A stretch of DNA of 63,522 nucleotides, filler included, from Chiloscyllium plagiosum (lineage: Eukaryota), in NCBI RefSeq assembly GCF_004010195.1. It is 3 parts of one record of this genome, joined end to end, with 100 filler letters (N's around TTAATTAATTAA, not from the genome) between each part and the next. Parts side by side here need not be neighbours in the genome. Positions count along the whole stretch, not along the records: positions 1 to 24,146 come from NC_057710.1; 2 more parts are not named here. The stretch is one strand, 5' to 3'. The notes below the pieces were generated by a model that saw only the letters and a list, made by a program, of their open reading frames with translations, had not been told where the DNA came from and made no database searches. A program made the translations under genes and the position numbers. Below, in pieces: positions 1 to 12,419 of the stretch; the stretch's first letter is position 1; each line of letters opens with the position of its first letter.

Positions 1-198
1 ATGCTACTCTCTCCCCACCCCCACCCTCCCCTAGCTTATCTCTCCATGCTTCAGGCTCACTGCCTTTATTCCTGATGAAGGGCTTTTGCCCGAAACGTCG
101 ATTTTGCTGCTCGTTGGATGCTGCCTGAACTGCTGTGCTCTGCCAGCACCACTGATCCAGAATCTGGTTTCCAGCATCTGCAGTCATTGTTTTTACCT
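1..198 (+). mobile_element. Penelope-like element (family A) 3' end/pseudo-LTR, truncated by window start
   Basis: Same terminal sequence (attcctgatgaagggc..gcccgaaacgtcga..gatgctgcctg..ccagcatctgcagtc) as copies attached to PLE GIY-YIG/RT sequence at 965-1424 and 39375-40638. Confidence 0.8.
72..99 (+). ncRNA. Minimal type I hammerhead ribozyme motif in PLE terminus
   Basis: CTGATGA-A-GGGC-tttt-GCCC-GAAAC-GTC: intact core, 4-bp stem II, palindromic ACGT stem III, GUC cleavage triplet. Confidence 0.75.
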
Positions 199-204
199 CT
201 TTGT

Positions 205-665
205 AACAAGTGCTTCAAGACAAGAGTCCAAGTAAGCTTGTTGTAGATGACCACTCCCAGAGGCTTGACACTCTCCACTGATTCCACCTCTGTGCTGTTA
301 ATGTGCATGAGTAACGTCCCGCCGAAAGTCAGTAATGAGTTCCTTGCCGGCATTGAGAGCTAGGTTGTTCTCAGTGCATCATTTTTCTAGGTCTTCCACC
401 TCCCATCTGTAGTCTGTTTCATTGCCATCTGAGATTCAACAGAATATGGTAAGGTCATCAGCGAACTTGTAAATGGCATTTGTCAATGCAAAATATCAGG
501 GGGCTGAGTGTGCAGCCCTGGGATGCACCAGTGTTGATGCTGCTGAGGATGAAATATTGTCCCCAGTCTTCGCTGATTGTGGCCTGTGGGTTAGGAAATT
601 GAGGATCCAGTTGCACTGAATGTGGCTTAGTCTGAGATCATTTAGCTTAATCAGTCTCGAGGGGA
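205..665 (-). mobile_element. Rex1/Babar-type LINE reverse transcriptase fragment (degenerate)
   Basis: Manual minus-strand translation gives NWILNFLTHRPQ, NTGASQGCTLSP, NAIYKFADDLT, NETDYRWEVEDLEK*CTENNLALN..KELITDFR. Confidence 0.75.
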
Positions 666-666
666 T

Positions 667-2082
667 AAAGAGGTATAGTTAGTAAGTTTGCAGATGACTT
701 CATAATTGGAGGTGTAGTAGACAGCAAAGAAGGTTACCTCAGGTTACAATGGGATCTTCATCAGATGGGCCAATGGGCTAAGAAATGGCAGATGGAGTTT
801 AATTTAGGTAAATGCGAGATACTGCATTTTGGGAAAGCAAATCTTAGCAGGACTTATACTTAATAGAAAGGTCCTGAGGAGTGTTGCCGGACAAAGAGAG
901 CTTGGAGTGCAGGTTCATAGCTCCTTGAAAGTGAAGTCGCAGGTAGATGGGATAGTGAAGAAGGCTCCTCCACTACCTCACCACCTGACGCCTGGAGGAA
1001 GAACACCTCATCTTCCATCTCAGAACACATCAACCCCAGGGCATCAATGTGGACTTCACCAGTTTCCTCACTTCCACTTCCACCACCTTACCCCAGTTCC
1101 AACCTCCCAGCTCAGCACCATACTCATGACCTGTCCTACCTGCCAATCTTCCTTCCCACCTATCCACTCCACCCTCCTCTCCGACCTATCATCTTCTTTC
1201 CCATTTCCATCCACTTATTGTACTCTTAGCTACCTTCTCCCCAGCCCCACTCCCCTTCCATTTATCTCTCCACCACGGAGACTCCCTGCCTCATTCCTGA
1301 TGAAGGGCTTTTGCCTGAAATGTCGGTTTTCCTGCTCCTCAGATGCTGCCTGACCTGCGGTGCTTTTCCAGCACCACTCTAACCTTGACTCTGATCTCCA
1401 GCATCTACAGTCCTCACTTACGCCTAGTGAAGATGGTGTTTGATATGCTTTCCTTTAGTGGTCAGAGCATTGAGTTTAGGAGTTGGGAGGTCATGTTGCG
1501 GCTGTACAGGATATTGGTTAGGCCACTTTTGGAATAGTGCGTGCAATTCTTGTCTCCTGCCTATCTGAAGGATATTGTGAAACTTGAAAGGGTTTAGACA
1601 AGATTTACAAGGATGTTGCCAGTGTTGGAGGATTTGAAATGTAGGGAGAGGGTGAATAGGCTGGGGCTGTTTTCCCTGGAGCGTCGGGAGTTGAGGTTAT
1701 AAACCTTATAGAGGTTTATAAAATTATAAGGGGCATGGATAAGGTAAATAGACAAAATCTTTTCCCTGGGGTGGGGGAGTCCAGAACTAGAGGGCATAGG
1801 TTTAGGGTGAGAGGGCAAAGGTATAAAAGAGACCTAAGGGGCAACTGTTTCTTGCAGAGTGTGGTACGTGTATGGAATGAGCTGCCAGAGGAAGTGGTGG
1901 AGGCTAATACGATTGCAACATTTAAAAGGTATCTGGATGGGTATATGAACAGGAAGGGTTTGGGGGGATGCGGGCACGGTGCTGGCAGGTGGGACTAGAT
2001 TAGGTTGGGTTATTTGATCGGCATGGACGAGATGGACCAAAGGGTCTGTTTCTGTGCTGCACATCTCTATGACTCTATAACT
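667..2082 (+). mobile_element. CR1/HER1-type LINE 3' fragment, interrupted by a PLE at 965-1424
   Basis: VSKFADD, WQMEFN, LYRILVRPLLE, RTRGH..VVRVWNELP motifs; ctctatgactctat 3' tail. Confidence 0.9.
965..1424 (+). mobile_element. PLE family A 5'-truncated insertion with TSD
   Basis: Endonuclease C-terminal remnant, hammerhead motif at 1297-1324, terminal tail; TSD tagtgaaga at 953-961 and 1425-1433. Confidence 0.85.
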
Positions 2083-3627
2083 GAATCTAATCCATGATTT
2101 GATGCCATCGGAATAATTGGGGTGACCTATTAGTAGCGACTCTTCTCAAAAAGCTTTTCTTGACGCTTTATAGCTATGGAGCAAGTCTGACAACAAAGGA
2201 GGAAGAAACAGTTTGGCAAGGAACTGTTTTAACAACTGTTCAGTTTATAAACTCAAATTGCCTGCTGCCTGTGTTAGATATCCATCTGCAGGCGTTTAAC
2301 GGCTCTTTAGTAGATGACAGCATGGTACAGGGACCATGAGTGTTAAAATTATCAATACTCTCAGTTTGTTTTTAAGGATGTGATTGTAGCAATCTAAAAA
2401 AAACAAAGTAATCTCACCAGGAGTGCCAATGTAAGATCCCCTTCACACCTCTAGGTTTCTGTATAGCCATCAAGAATCTTGTCTTAGATTCTAAACCATT
2501 GATCCTTCCCTTCTTTGTTGAGTTGAACCTCATCTTGAACCTTAATTCACAGGGTCATAGAATTGTTACAGTGCAGAAGGAGGTCATTTCGCCCGCCAGA
2601 TCTACACTGGCACTCTGCGCATTTTAACTTAGTGCCAACTTCCTCATATCGCTGCTTAGTGTTTCTGTTTAAATGGTCATCTAATATGCTCTTGGAGCCA
2701 CGAAGGAACTGCCTCTACCACATTTCTTAGCAATCCATTCTAGGCCTGAAGATTTTTCTCACCTTGTGTTTGCTTCATTTGCAAAGCATTATGTTGTGTT
2801 ATGTTTTGGAGCTGACGTGCGATATAACTTGAAGAGCTATGATCACGATGTCATCACTATATCATAGAACATAGAACATAGAAAAGTACAGCACAGAACA
2901 GGCCCTTTGGCTCATGATGTTGTGCCGAGGTTAATCCTAATGTAAAATATAATAACTTAACCTACGCACCCCTCGAGTCACTGCTATCCATGTGCAGCAG
3001 TTGCTTAAATGTCCCCAGTGACTTCGCTTCCACCACCTCAACTGGCAACGCATTCTATGCATTCACAGCTCTCTGTGTAAAGAACCTACCTCTGATGTCT
3101 CCTTTATACCTTCCTCCTAATATCTTCAAACTATGATTCCTATTGCCAGTCAATCTGCCCTGGGAAAAGTCTCTGGCTATTGACTCTAGCTATTCCACTC
3201 TATCTTGTAGACCTCAATCAGTTCTCCTCTCTTCCTCCTTCTGTCCAGAGAGAAAAGACCAAGCATATTCAACCTTTCTTCATAAGGCAAACCCTCCAGT
3301 CCAGGCAGTATCCTGGTAAACCTTCTTTGCACCCTCTCCAAAGCCTCTGTATCTTTCCTATATTAGGGCGACCAGAACTGGACACAATATTCCAAGTGTG
3401 GTCTCACTATGGACTAGCAAAACCTCGCGGCTCTTAAACTTGATCCCCCTGTTAATGAAAGCCAAAACATCATATGCTTTCTTAACAACACTATCCACTT
3501 GGGTGGCAACTTTGAGGGATCTATGTACTTACACACCGAGATCCCTCTGTTTCTCCACGCTGCCAAGAATCCTGTCTTTAATCCTATATTCAGCATTTGG
3601 GATCAACCTTCCAAAATGCACCACTTC

Positions 3628-5580
3628 TCATTTATCCAGTTTGAACTCCATCTGCCATTTCTCAGCCCAGCTCTGCATCTTGTCTATGTCACGCTGAAGC
3701 CTGCAGTAGTCCTCTCTACTATCAACAACACCTCCAACCTTTGTGTCATCTGCAAATTTGCTAACCCACCCCTCAACCTTCTCATCAAAGTCATTTATAA
3801 AAACTACAAAGAGCTGATGCCCAAGAACAGAGCCCTGCGGGACCCCACTCAAAACTGACCTCCAGGCAGAATACTTTCCATCTACAACCACTCTCTGCCT
3901 TCTGTCAGCCAGCCAATTCTGAGTCCAGATAGCCAAATCTTTCTGTATTCCATACTTCCTGACTTTATGAATGAGCCTACCATGGGTAACCTTATCAAAT
4001 GCCTTGCTGAAGTCCATATACACCACATCCACTGCTTGACCTTCATTGACCTGTCTTGTCACCTCCTTAACAAACTCAAAAAGATTTGTGAGGCATGACC
4101 TACCCCTCACAAAGCCATGCTGACAGCCTTTACTCACACTATGCTTTGCCAAATAGTCATAAATCCTATCCCTTAAAGTTCTTTCCAAAACTTTGCTGAC
4201 CACAGACGTAAGACTGATTGGTCTGTAATTGTCAGGGATTTCCCTATTACCCTTCTTGAAAAGAGGAACGGCATTCGCCTCCTTCCAATCCTCCGGTACA
4301 AATCCTGTGGAGAGTGAGGAGGCAAATATCCTCGCTAGCGGCTTAGCAACCTCCTTTCTCACTTCCTGGTGCAGCCTAGAATAAATCTGGTCTGGCCCTG
4401 GGGACTTATCAATCTTAATATTTTCCAAAGTTTCCAGCACGTTAACTTCATCAATCTTGATCTGGCCAAGACTGTATCCCAGCTCCTCTAAAATTTCATT
4501 TATAACAAGTTCCCTTTCCTTGGTGAAAACCAAAGCAAAAAACTCATTTAAGGCTTCCCCTATCTGCTCAGACTCCACGCTGAAGTTCCCTCCACTATCC
4601 TTGATCGGCCCTACTTTCTGCCTGATCATTCTCTTATTCCTCACGTATGAGTAAAATGCCTTTGGGTTCACCCTAATCCTTCTTGCCAAGCCTTTTTTGT
4701 GTCCCCTCCTGGCTCTCCTCAGTTCATTTCTGAGCTCCTTTCTAGCAAGCCTGTAATCCTCTAAAGCTGTGCGAGATCCTTGCTTCCTCCACGTTACATA
4801 AGCTGCCATTTTTCTTTTGACGAGAAGCTCCTCTGTTCTCGTCATCCAAGGTTCCTTAATCTTACCCCTACTTGCCTGTCTCAGAGGAATAAATTTGTGC
4901 ATCACCCGCAACAACTGCTCCTTAAACAGTCTCCACACGTCTGCTGTGCCCTTTCTGTGGAACAATTGCTCCCAGTCTGTACTTCCCAACTCCTGTCTGA
5001 TAGTGACGTAATTTCCTTTTCCCCAATTAAATATCTTCTCTCAGTAACTGCTCCTTTCACTCTCCAAGGCTATGCTAAATGTGAGGCAGTTGTGATCACT
5101 GTCACCAACGTGTTCTCCCACCGTGAGATCTGACATCTGTCCTGGCTCGTTGCCAAGCACCAAATCCAAAATGGCCTCTCCCCTCGTTGGTCTGTCTACA
5201 TACTGAGTAAGGAAACCCTCCTGAACACACCTGACAAAAACAACTCCATCCAAACCATCTGCACTAAGGAGGTTCCAGTCGATATTGGGAAAGTTGAAAT
5301 CACCCATAACAACAACCCTGCTACTTCTGCATTTTTCCAGTATCTGCCGGCCTATAAGTTCTTCAATCTCTCTACTGCTATTAGGTAGTCTGTAGAAAAC
5401 CCCAAATGCGGTGACTGTTCCCTTGCTGTTCCTAGCTTCCACCCATACTGACTCCGTAGACAAACCTTCCTCAACAACCTTCGTTTCTGTAGCTGTAATG
5501 CACTCTCTGATTAACAATGCTACACCCCCTTTTTCCACCTTCCCTGTTCTTTTTAAATGTTCTAAACTCTGGAACATCAA
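3628..5580 (-). pseudogene. CR1 ORF2 (APE endonuclease + RT), split into ORFs 5041-5580 and 3628-4989
   Basis: GGGVALLI-like, MGDFNFPNIDW, ILDLVL, SDHN (EN); KSPGPD, NYRPISLTS, DFSKAFDKV, SGVPQGSVLG, SKFADDTK (RT); premature stop at 3628. Confidence 0.92.
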
Positions 5581-5835
5581 GCAACCATTCCTGTCCCTGT
5601 GAAACCCACATCTCCGTTATGGCCACAACATTGTAGCCCCAAGTACTGATCCATGCTCTAAGTTCATCACTTTTGTTTCAGGCACTCCTTGCATTAAAGC
5701 AGACACACTTTATCCGATCCTTTTGTTTCATCACATGAGAAACCTTCCCGATAAATTCAGTACATCCTGTCACTGCCCCATCTGCAACTGTCCCCCTCTC
5801 AGACATGTGGCTCTGATTCCCACCCCCCTGCCAAA

Positions 5836-6777
5836 CTAGTTTAAACCCTCCCGAATCACACGAGCAAATCTCCCACCCAGGACATTTGTGTCCCTCCAGT
5901 TCAGGTGCAACCAGTCCTTCATGTACAGGTCCCACCGTCCCCAGAAGGTATCCCAATGGTCTAGGTATCTGAAGCCCTCCCTCCTGCACCAGCCTCGCAG
6001 CCATGTGTTAAGCTGCATTCACTGACTGTTCCTCATCTCACTATCTCGTGGCACTGGTAAGCAAACCTGAGATCACTACTCTACTCGTCCTGCTCTTCAG
6101 CTTCCAACCTAACTCTCTGTAGTCACTTTTCAGATCCTCAATCCTTTTCTGGATGTATCATTGGTGCCAATATGTACCATGATTTCTGGCTGCTCAGCCT
6201 CCTCCTTCAGAATCTTGTAAACCCGATCAATGACATCCCGGACCCTGTCACCAGGGAGGCAACATACCTTCTGGGAGTCCCGTTCCTGACCACAAAATCT
6301 CCTGTCAATCCATCTAACTATTGAATCCCCTACCACTTGCGCTTTTCTATTCTCCCCCCTTTTCTTCTGAGCCACAGTGCCAGGCTCAGTGCCAAAGACC
6401 TGACAACTATGGCTTTCCCCTGGTAGGCTGTCCCCACTAGCAGTATCCAAAACAGTATACTTATTGCTGAGGGAAACAGCCACAGGGGATCCCTGCTCTA
6501 ACCATCAGTTCCCTTTCGTTCCCCTGACAGTAACCCAGCTGTTCTTATTCTTTATCTGAGGAGTGACCACCTCCCTGTACATCCTCTCAATTTCCCCCTC
6601 AGCCTCCTGGATGATCCGTAGTTCATCCAGCTCCAGCTCCAGCTCCAATTCCCTAACTCGGTTTTCAAGGAGCTGGAGTTGGTTGCACTTCCCGCAGATG
6701 TAGTCGGCAGAGACATGTGAAGTGTCTTTCACCTGCCACATTCTGCAGGAGGAACGTGCAACTGCCCTAACATCCAT
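5836..6777 (-). pseudogene. CR1 ORF1 (zinc-finger/coiled coil + SGNH esterase), frameshifted
   Basis: YICGKCNQLQLLENRVRELE; VVGDSIVR; HIGTND; DWLHLN. Confidence 0.88.
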
Positions 6778-6925
6778 ATCCCACTACTCTGAAAGCCTGC
6801 ACAGAACTAAACAAAGGAAGAGAAGAAACTTACCTATTTTACAGACTCTTAGTAAGGTTAGAGGAGGTGGGTGGGAGGGAGGCCTTACTGTGTAGGGTCT
6901 CGGGTTTAGATCTCACCCACTTAAA

Positions 6926-7061
6926 ACCTTCCCAGCAGTCCTTTGCTCCTCCCTCGCACCTCTCGGCAAATGGAGGCTCCGACGCCTGAAGTTAATGTTT
7001 TAGACGGATATGCTCACCTTCCCAGAAGTCCTTTGCTCCTCCCTCACACCTCTCGGCAAAT
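6926..7061. repeat. 46-bp direct repeat pair (period 90) at CR1 5' end
   Basis: accttcccag(c/a)agtcctttgctcctccctc(g/a)cacctctcggcaaat at 6926-6971 and 7016-7061. Confidence 0.9.
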
Positions 7062-7384
7062 ATCATATCATGTAACCTAATGGTAAAAAGCATGCTGTCT
7101 CCATCTTGCTGAGCTCTGTTCTCTTACAGCATGACATGCTGTGAGAATTATGCTGCAGTACATCCAAGCTGTTCAGTTGAAGCTCAGGCTTGCAAGTGCC
7201 TGTGCTTGCAATGTAGATATGTAGATACGAAGTGTCGTGATAAAAGTTTGTTGCATTCCTCAGTACTATGTGACTCATGTTTTGTGCTTTCATACAGGAG
7301 CTAAAATAAGTATCAGACTGTGACAGTAGATCATTAATATACCATAATACTGCACGTCACAGTGGCATATCATGTCAAACTTTA

Positions 7385-8645
7385 AAACTGTGCCTTCTAC
7401 TTCTTGATCTTTTTAAGAGTGGAAACAATTCCGTCCAGCCCCCTCATGTTCTTCAAAATGCCCATCAAATTTCCTCTTAATCTGCTCTTCTCCAAAGAAA
7501 ACAGTCCCAACTTCTCCAACCTTTCTCATAACTGAACAGCCTCATACCTGGACGTATTCTTTTAAACCATCTCTGCACTCTCTCCAATGTATTCACCTCC
7601 TCCCTATCATGTGGTGCTCAGAACTGTACATATTAGTCTAGCTGAGGTCTCACCAGTATTTTATATCAGTTCGTAATAATTTCCTCTAACCCTGAATTCT
7701 ATGCCCCTGTTAATGAAGGTTAGATGACTGTAAGGTTTCATTAACAACTTCTTCTTTTATGTGCTGACATCTTTGATGATACAGGTACTTCTTTTATAAT
7801 GTGATGGTTGACTTCTTGTACGACCCTGCATGACAGAAAAATCATGCTTTAGAAACAGTGCTTAAAGTGTTGGTAATGTAATCACATTACAGCCAACACA
7901 TGGTGTAAAAGTTTGGCTTTCGAAACAATGTCCCCAATTTGTTAATCATGTAATAGCGAATTTGCATTAATAAACCTTGTGTTATAGCAGAATGACCTGC
8001 AGATGCACATATACACCCAGGGCTCTCTTCTACTGCACAAAGTTTGGCGTTTAGTATCCTTTATTGTTTACTGTGTTTCCTGTCTCTCCATGTTCTCTGT
8101 ACTAAAAGGTATCACCTCACACTGCTCTACATTAAAAATTCATCCTTTCCAATTACTTGTCAATGTATTTTTAAAGTTGCACATGGTTTACTTAGAAGTT
8201 ACAATTCTCCCTAGCCTGCTCTGCTTTACAAAACAATCTTGCCTTACCATCCAGCTCAGTTCATCCTTTCTTCCCCAACCCTTTGATCCCTTTAATGTGA
8301 AGAACTATATCTTTCTGGAAAGTATCCACTTTGGTCTCAAATGCTTCTCATGGCAGAGAATTCCACAGACTCACCACTCCTGGGTGAAGAAATTCCTTCT
8401 CTGCTCTGTTCTCAAAGGCTGACCCTTGACCCTTAGACTGCGACCCCTGGTCCTGGACTCCCCAGTCATTGAAAACATCCTTCCCTCAGTTACCCTGTTT
8501 AATCCTGTTCGAATTTTATAGGTTTCTATGAATTTTACAGGTTTCACTCCTCAAACTTCTAAACCTCAATAAATATTGTCCTCCAACAATTTATCCATCA
8601 CTGATGTCAGGCTCACTAGTCTGCAATTCCCTGGCTTTTCCTTAC
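7385..8645 (-). mobile_element. Old CR1-type LINE 3' fragments (interrupted by a MITE)
   Basis: Reverse complement resembles CR1 ORF2 C-terminal sequence seen elsewhere in the window (gaattccacagactcaccact, ctctgcactctctccaatg, gaactgtac). Confidence 0.65.
7782..7999. mobile_element. Tc1/mariner (Tigger/pogo-like) MITE
   Basis: Imperfect TIRs caggtacttcttttataatg / gtgttatagcagaatgacctg; TA on left, CA (decayed TA) on right; internal palindrome gtgttgg..tgtaatcacattaca..ccaacac. Confidence 0.6.
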
Positions 8646-8649
8646 CACG

Positions 8650-8888
8650 GTGTAGGTCACATCATGTAAAGGTTACCAATCTCCTTCCCTAAAGAATGTT
8701 AGTGAACTCAATAGGTTCTTATGACAATGTTTTTATGGTCACCATTAATGAAACCAGCTCTATATTCCAGATTCATTAATTGAATTTAAACTCCACCAGC
8801 CACCATAGTGAAGTTTGAAATCATGTCCCCAAAACATTAGCTTGATCTTCTGGATTTCTAGTACCTCTGACATTACCACTATACCACT
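8650..8888 (-). mobile_element. tRNA-derived SINE, family B (non-HE1)
   Basis: Reverse complement matches the + copies at 53560-53790 and 58840-59117. Confidence 0.7.
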
Positions 8889-10481
8889 GAAGAAAGGTCT
8901 TGAGAATTGTGATTCCACCACTTGATTCTAATTTGAATCAACTCATAAGATTTCATCTTATTTACATGGGGAAACTGGGCACTGGGATTAATGAGCCTTT
9001 GGAAAGCTAACCAGCTTTTCACTGATCTTCCATCGTAAATACAATGGCTGATCAGGAAGCTCCCCCAGTAAATTCTGCCAACTCAAAGTAAATAAAGCAA
9101 TTACAAATGCTGGATAAAAGTGCAGCCATTTTCATGGGGCCAATAAATGAATTTTTCTAGACAGGACTGTGGGACCATTCAAAAGTAAGTGCAAAAAACC
9201 TTTGAAAACCAGTGATGAGACAAATTCTGGAGATTTTTTAACTAAGAAGGAAGTTTTATAAAAATAAATTACAAATATTTAGTTTCCAATATATTCCTTC
9301 TTAATTGAAAGATGTTAATCTGTGGTTGAATTGATATTATACGTAAGACACTGTTTCCCAGCATCAATTTTATCTCCACTGCTTCACTTTGTGTGGTACT
9401 CCTCACATCAGTGGAGCTAATGCTGATTTAGTCAAGAATTGTCAATGTAGACTTGAAACATCCTCCTTTGCCGAACATATAATGATTAGTGGAGTATGAT
9501 TGCTTTGCACTGTTCTTCATGCTCATTAAAACAGACTTTAGTTCCTTGTAATGGCTCAGGAGTAGAATTAAATATAAAACTGTTAGAAATCAAATGTTTG
9601 AAGAGTTTATTTTTATTGAATTGGCCAATTAATGATACAGTACATGCTCGTAATGCTGGAGGGCCAGTAAGAAACCGTCCAGCAGTGAGGACAGCTGCTG
9701 CCTCCTGATGCAGAGAGGAAAGGGAAAAGGCATCTTAAGATGGGGGCTGCCACTCAGCTTTTTCACATTCTTTGAGATTTCAAATGACCAAAGATGCTCC
9801 AGAACATATTAGTGGAGGAGGACACTTAATATTGGAATGAAATGATTTTGGAATATTGTGGTTGTGAATAATATTGCTTGTACCAAAGCAGAGTTATTTA
9901 CTGGCTGACATAGCAGTATTGCTACAATGCCTACTTGCGATACCCATACCTCTAACCTACTTGAAGTCGCATTCATCCTGCACCCAACATTGCACATGCA
10001 CCACTGATCGTATTTTAGATGCTAAACTTATGGGCACGAAAGAAGCAAATTTTGCAACCATAACAAGAATGTCTTGTTAAACAACTTTGTATTTTAAAAT
10101 TCCAGTCAAATCAAACTTTTGTACTTACATATATTTTATTTGTAAAATGTACGTGATCCGACATGTAAAATAAATTCTCCGAGGTAAACCACTGCTGTTA
10201 TTGACGGTTCATCAATGTCCTTTAGAAATGTCAGGCTGACTTGAGACTCCAGACACACAATCAAACTTTTAAACATTTTATTTGCAATTTGGACAAGTGA
10301 AACTGGAGAGCAGTGGAATTTATAGGATTAAATAAAGCTAGTCAGAATTTGGTAATTGAAAGAAACAATTTCTATTGGCTTTGAAAGGACTCAGATTCAA
10401 GTTGATTGGCAAAAGAATCATGGGATGAAGTTTACTTTTAATCAGTGACTGGTTATTATCTAGAACATAAGAATTGATGCT

Positions 10482-12083
10482 ACCTCAACAACTTCACCTT
10501 TGAATCCTCCCACTTCCCCAAAACCAGAGGAGTAGTCATGGACATCTGCATGGGTCCCAGCTATGCCTGCCTCTTCAAAAGATATGTGGAACAGTCCCTC
10601 TTATGTAGCTACATCGACACCATCCCCCACCTTTTTCTCCGCTACATTGATGACTGTATTCAGCACCACTTTGTACTCCTATGAGGAGGTTGAACAGTTC
10701 ATCAACTTCACCAGCACCTTCTATCCTGACCTCAAATTAACCTGCACCATCTCGGACTCCTCCCTTCCCTTCCTAGACCTCTTCGTCTCCATCTCCAGCA
10801 ATCGACTCAACACTGACATCTATTTCAAACCCACCAACTCCCACAGCTATCTTGACTACACCTCCTCTCAATCCATTCTGTAAAAACACAATCCCTTACT
10901 CCCAATTCCTCCACCTCCACTGCATCTGCTCCAGGATGATTGATGAGTGATTCCACTCTAGGACTTCCCAGATGGCCTCCTAATTCAAGGACTGCAACTT
11001 TCCCTACCCCATGATCAAAAATGCCCTACATCACAAGTCCTCCATTTTCTGCACCTCCACTCTTGAAACCCATCCACCCAGCCACAACAAGAATAGAATC
11101 CCCCAGTCCTCAAATTCCACCCCCAATAATCTTCAGATACAGCACACCATCTTCTGCCATTTCTGCCACCTACAATCAGACCCCACCACCAAAATTATAT
11201 TCCACCGCTACTCCTATCTGCATTCCACAAAGACCATTCCCTCTGTGCCTCCCTCATAAGTTCCACGTTCCCAACCAACACCCTCTCCACACCTGGCACC
11301 TTCACCTGCTGCTATTACAGGTGCAAAACCTATGCCCATACCTCCCCCCTCACCTCCATCCAAGGCCCCAAAGGATCATTTCAATTCCAGCAGAGATTTA
11401 CTTGCAAATCCTCCCACCTCAATTACTGCATCCATTGCTCTCAATGTGGTCTCCTCTACATCAGAGAGACCCCCAAACGCGCAGAACAGTTCAGGGAACA
11501 TCTCTGGTCTGTACAAACCAACCAAACCCACCCTACTGTGGCCAACCATTTCAACTCCTCCTCCCATTCCCCAATGACCTGTCCATTCTGGGCCTCTTCC
11601 ACCACCTAAACAAGGCTACCTGCAAACTGGAAGAGGGGCACTTCCTCCTCTGCCTTGAGAGCCTACAACCACACAGCCTCAACATTGAACTCACCAGTTT
11701 CGAAATCTCCCCAATCCCCACCTCATCCCAGATCCAACCAACTTGGCATTGCCCTCTTGACCTGACCAGCCTGTCCATCGTCCTTCCAACCTATCTGCTC
11801 CACCCTTCCCACTGACCTAACACTATCACCTCTTACTTGCATCCACCTATCACCATACTAGCCACCTTCCCACCAGTTCCAAACCTTCCCACCCACTTTT
11901 ATGTCTCATCCCCCTTCGCACCGCCCCCCCCCCCCAACCTCTCCCCCCCAACCCTCAGACCTTATGAAGAGTCCAGCATGAAACATTGCCACTCCTGCTC
12001 CTTGGATTCTGCCTGAGCAGCTGTGCTTTGTCCAGTGCTGTGCTTTTCATCTCTGACTGCAGCTACAGTCCTCACTATCTCCT
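10482..12083 (+). mobile_element. PLE (RT + GIY-YIG), 5'-truncated, degenerate, inserted in an old CR1 fragment
   Basis: LNNFTFESSHF, MGPSYACLF, LRYIDDC, PFLDL, KPTNSHSYLDYTS, YCIHCSQCGLLYIRET; TSD agaa(t/c)tgatgct at 10470-10481 and 12084-12095. Confidence 0.9.
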
Positions 12084-12189
12084 AGAACTGATGCTTTCAA
12101 AGATGAACTAGATACATTCTTGGAAATAAAAAATAAATGCAGGACTATGGGGAAGTAACTAGTTGAGTTAGAATTTTATGTCTCCATTC

Positions 12190-12410
12190 TTTCATTTGAT
12201 GAAGGTGCCACTAGCAAAGTCAACATTTATTGTCCATTCCTAGTTGGTTTTAAACAGAATGGCTTGCTAGGCTATTTCAGAGCGCAACAAGAGCCAATCA
12301 CATTGCTGTGAATCTGGGATCATATGTGCCTAGACCAGGTAAGGATACCAGAATTTCTTCCCTAAAGGACATTGATGAACTGGATGGGTTTTACAACAAT
12401 AAATGATAGG
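12190..12410 (-). mobile_element. SINE family B 3' half
   Basis: catttattgtccattccta..cacattgctgtg..agaccaggtaagga..ttccctaaaggacatt is the reverse complement of the SINE B body and tail. Confidence 0.75.
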
Positions 12411-12419
12411 ATTCCCTTT

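Larger units (their letters stand above)
2863..7061 (-). mobile_element. Near full-length CR1 LINE (5' UTR, ORF1, ORF2, microsatellite tail); inactivated
   Basis: catagaa repeat tail at left end; ORF2 endonuclease and RT pieces and ORF1 pieces collinear; stops and frameshifts present. Confidence 0.95.

Noticed and set aside
3628..4989. Active reverse transcriptase gene
   Set aside because: ORF2 is separated from its endonuclease part and ends prematurely; ORF1 is frameshifted
7000..7015. U12-type 5' splice site (atatccgt) in the CR1 5' UTR
   Set aside because: Imperfect match and not seen in the second CR1 5' UTR
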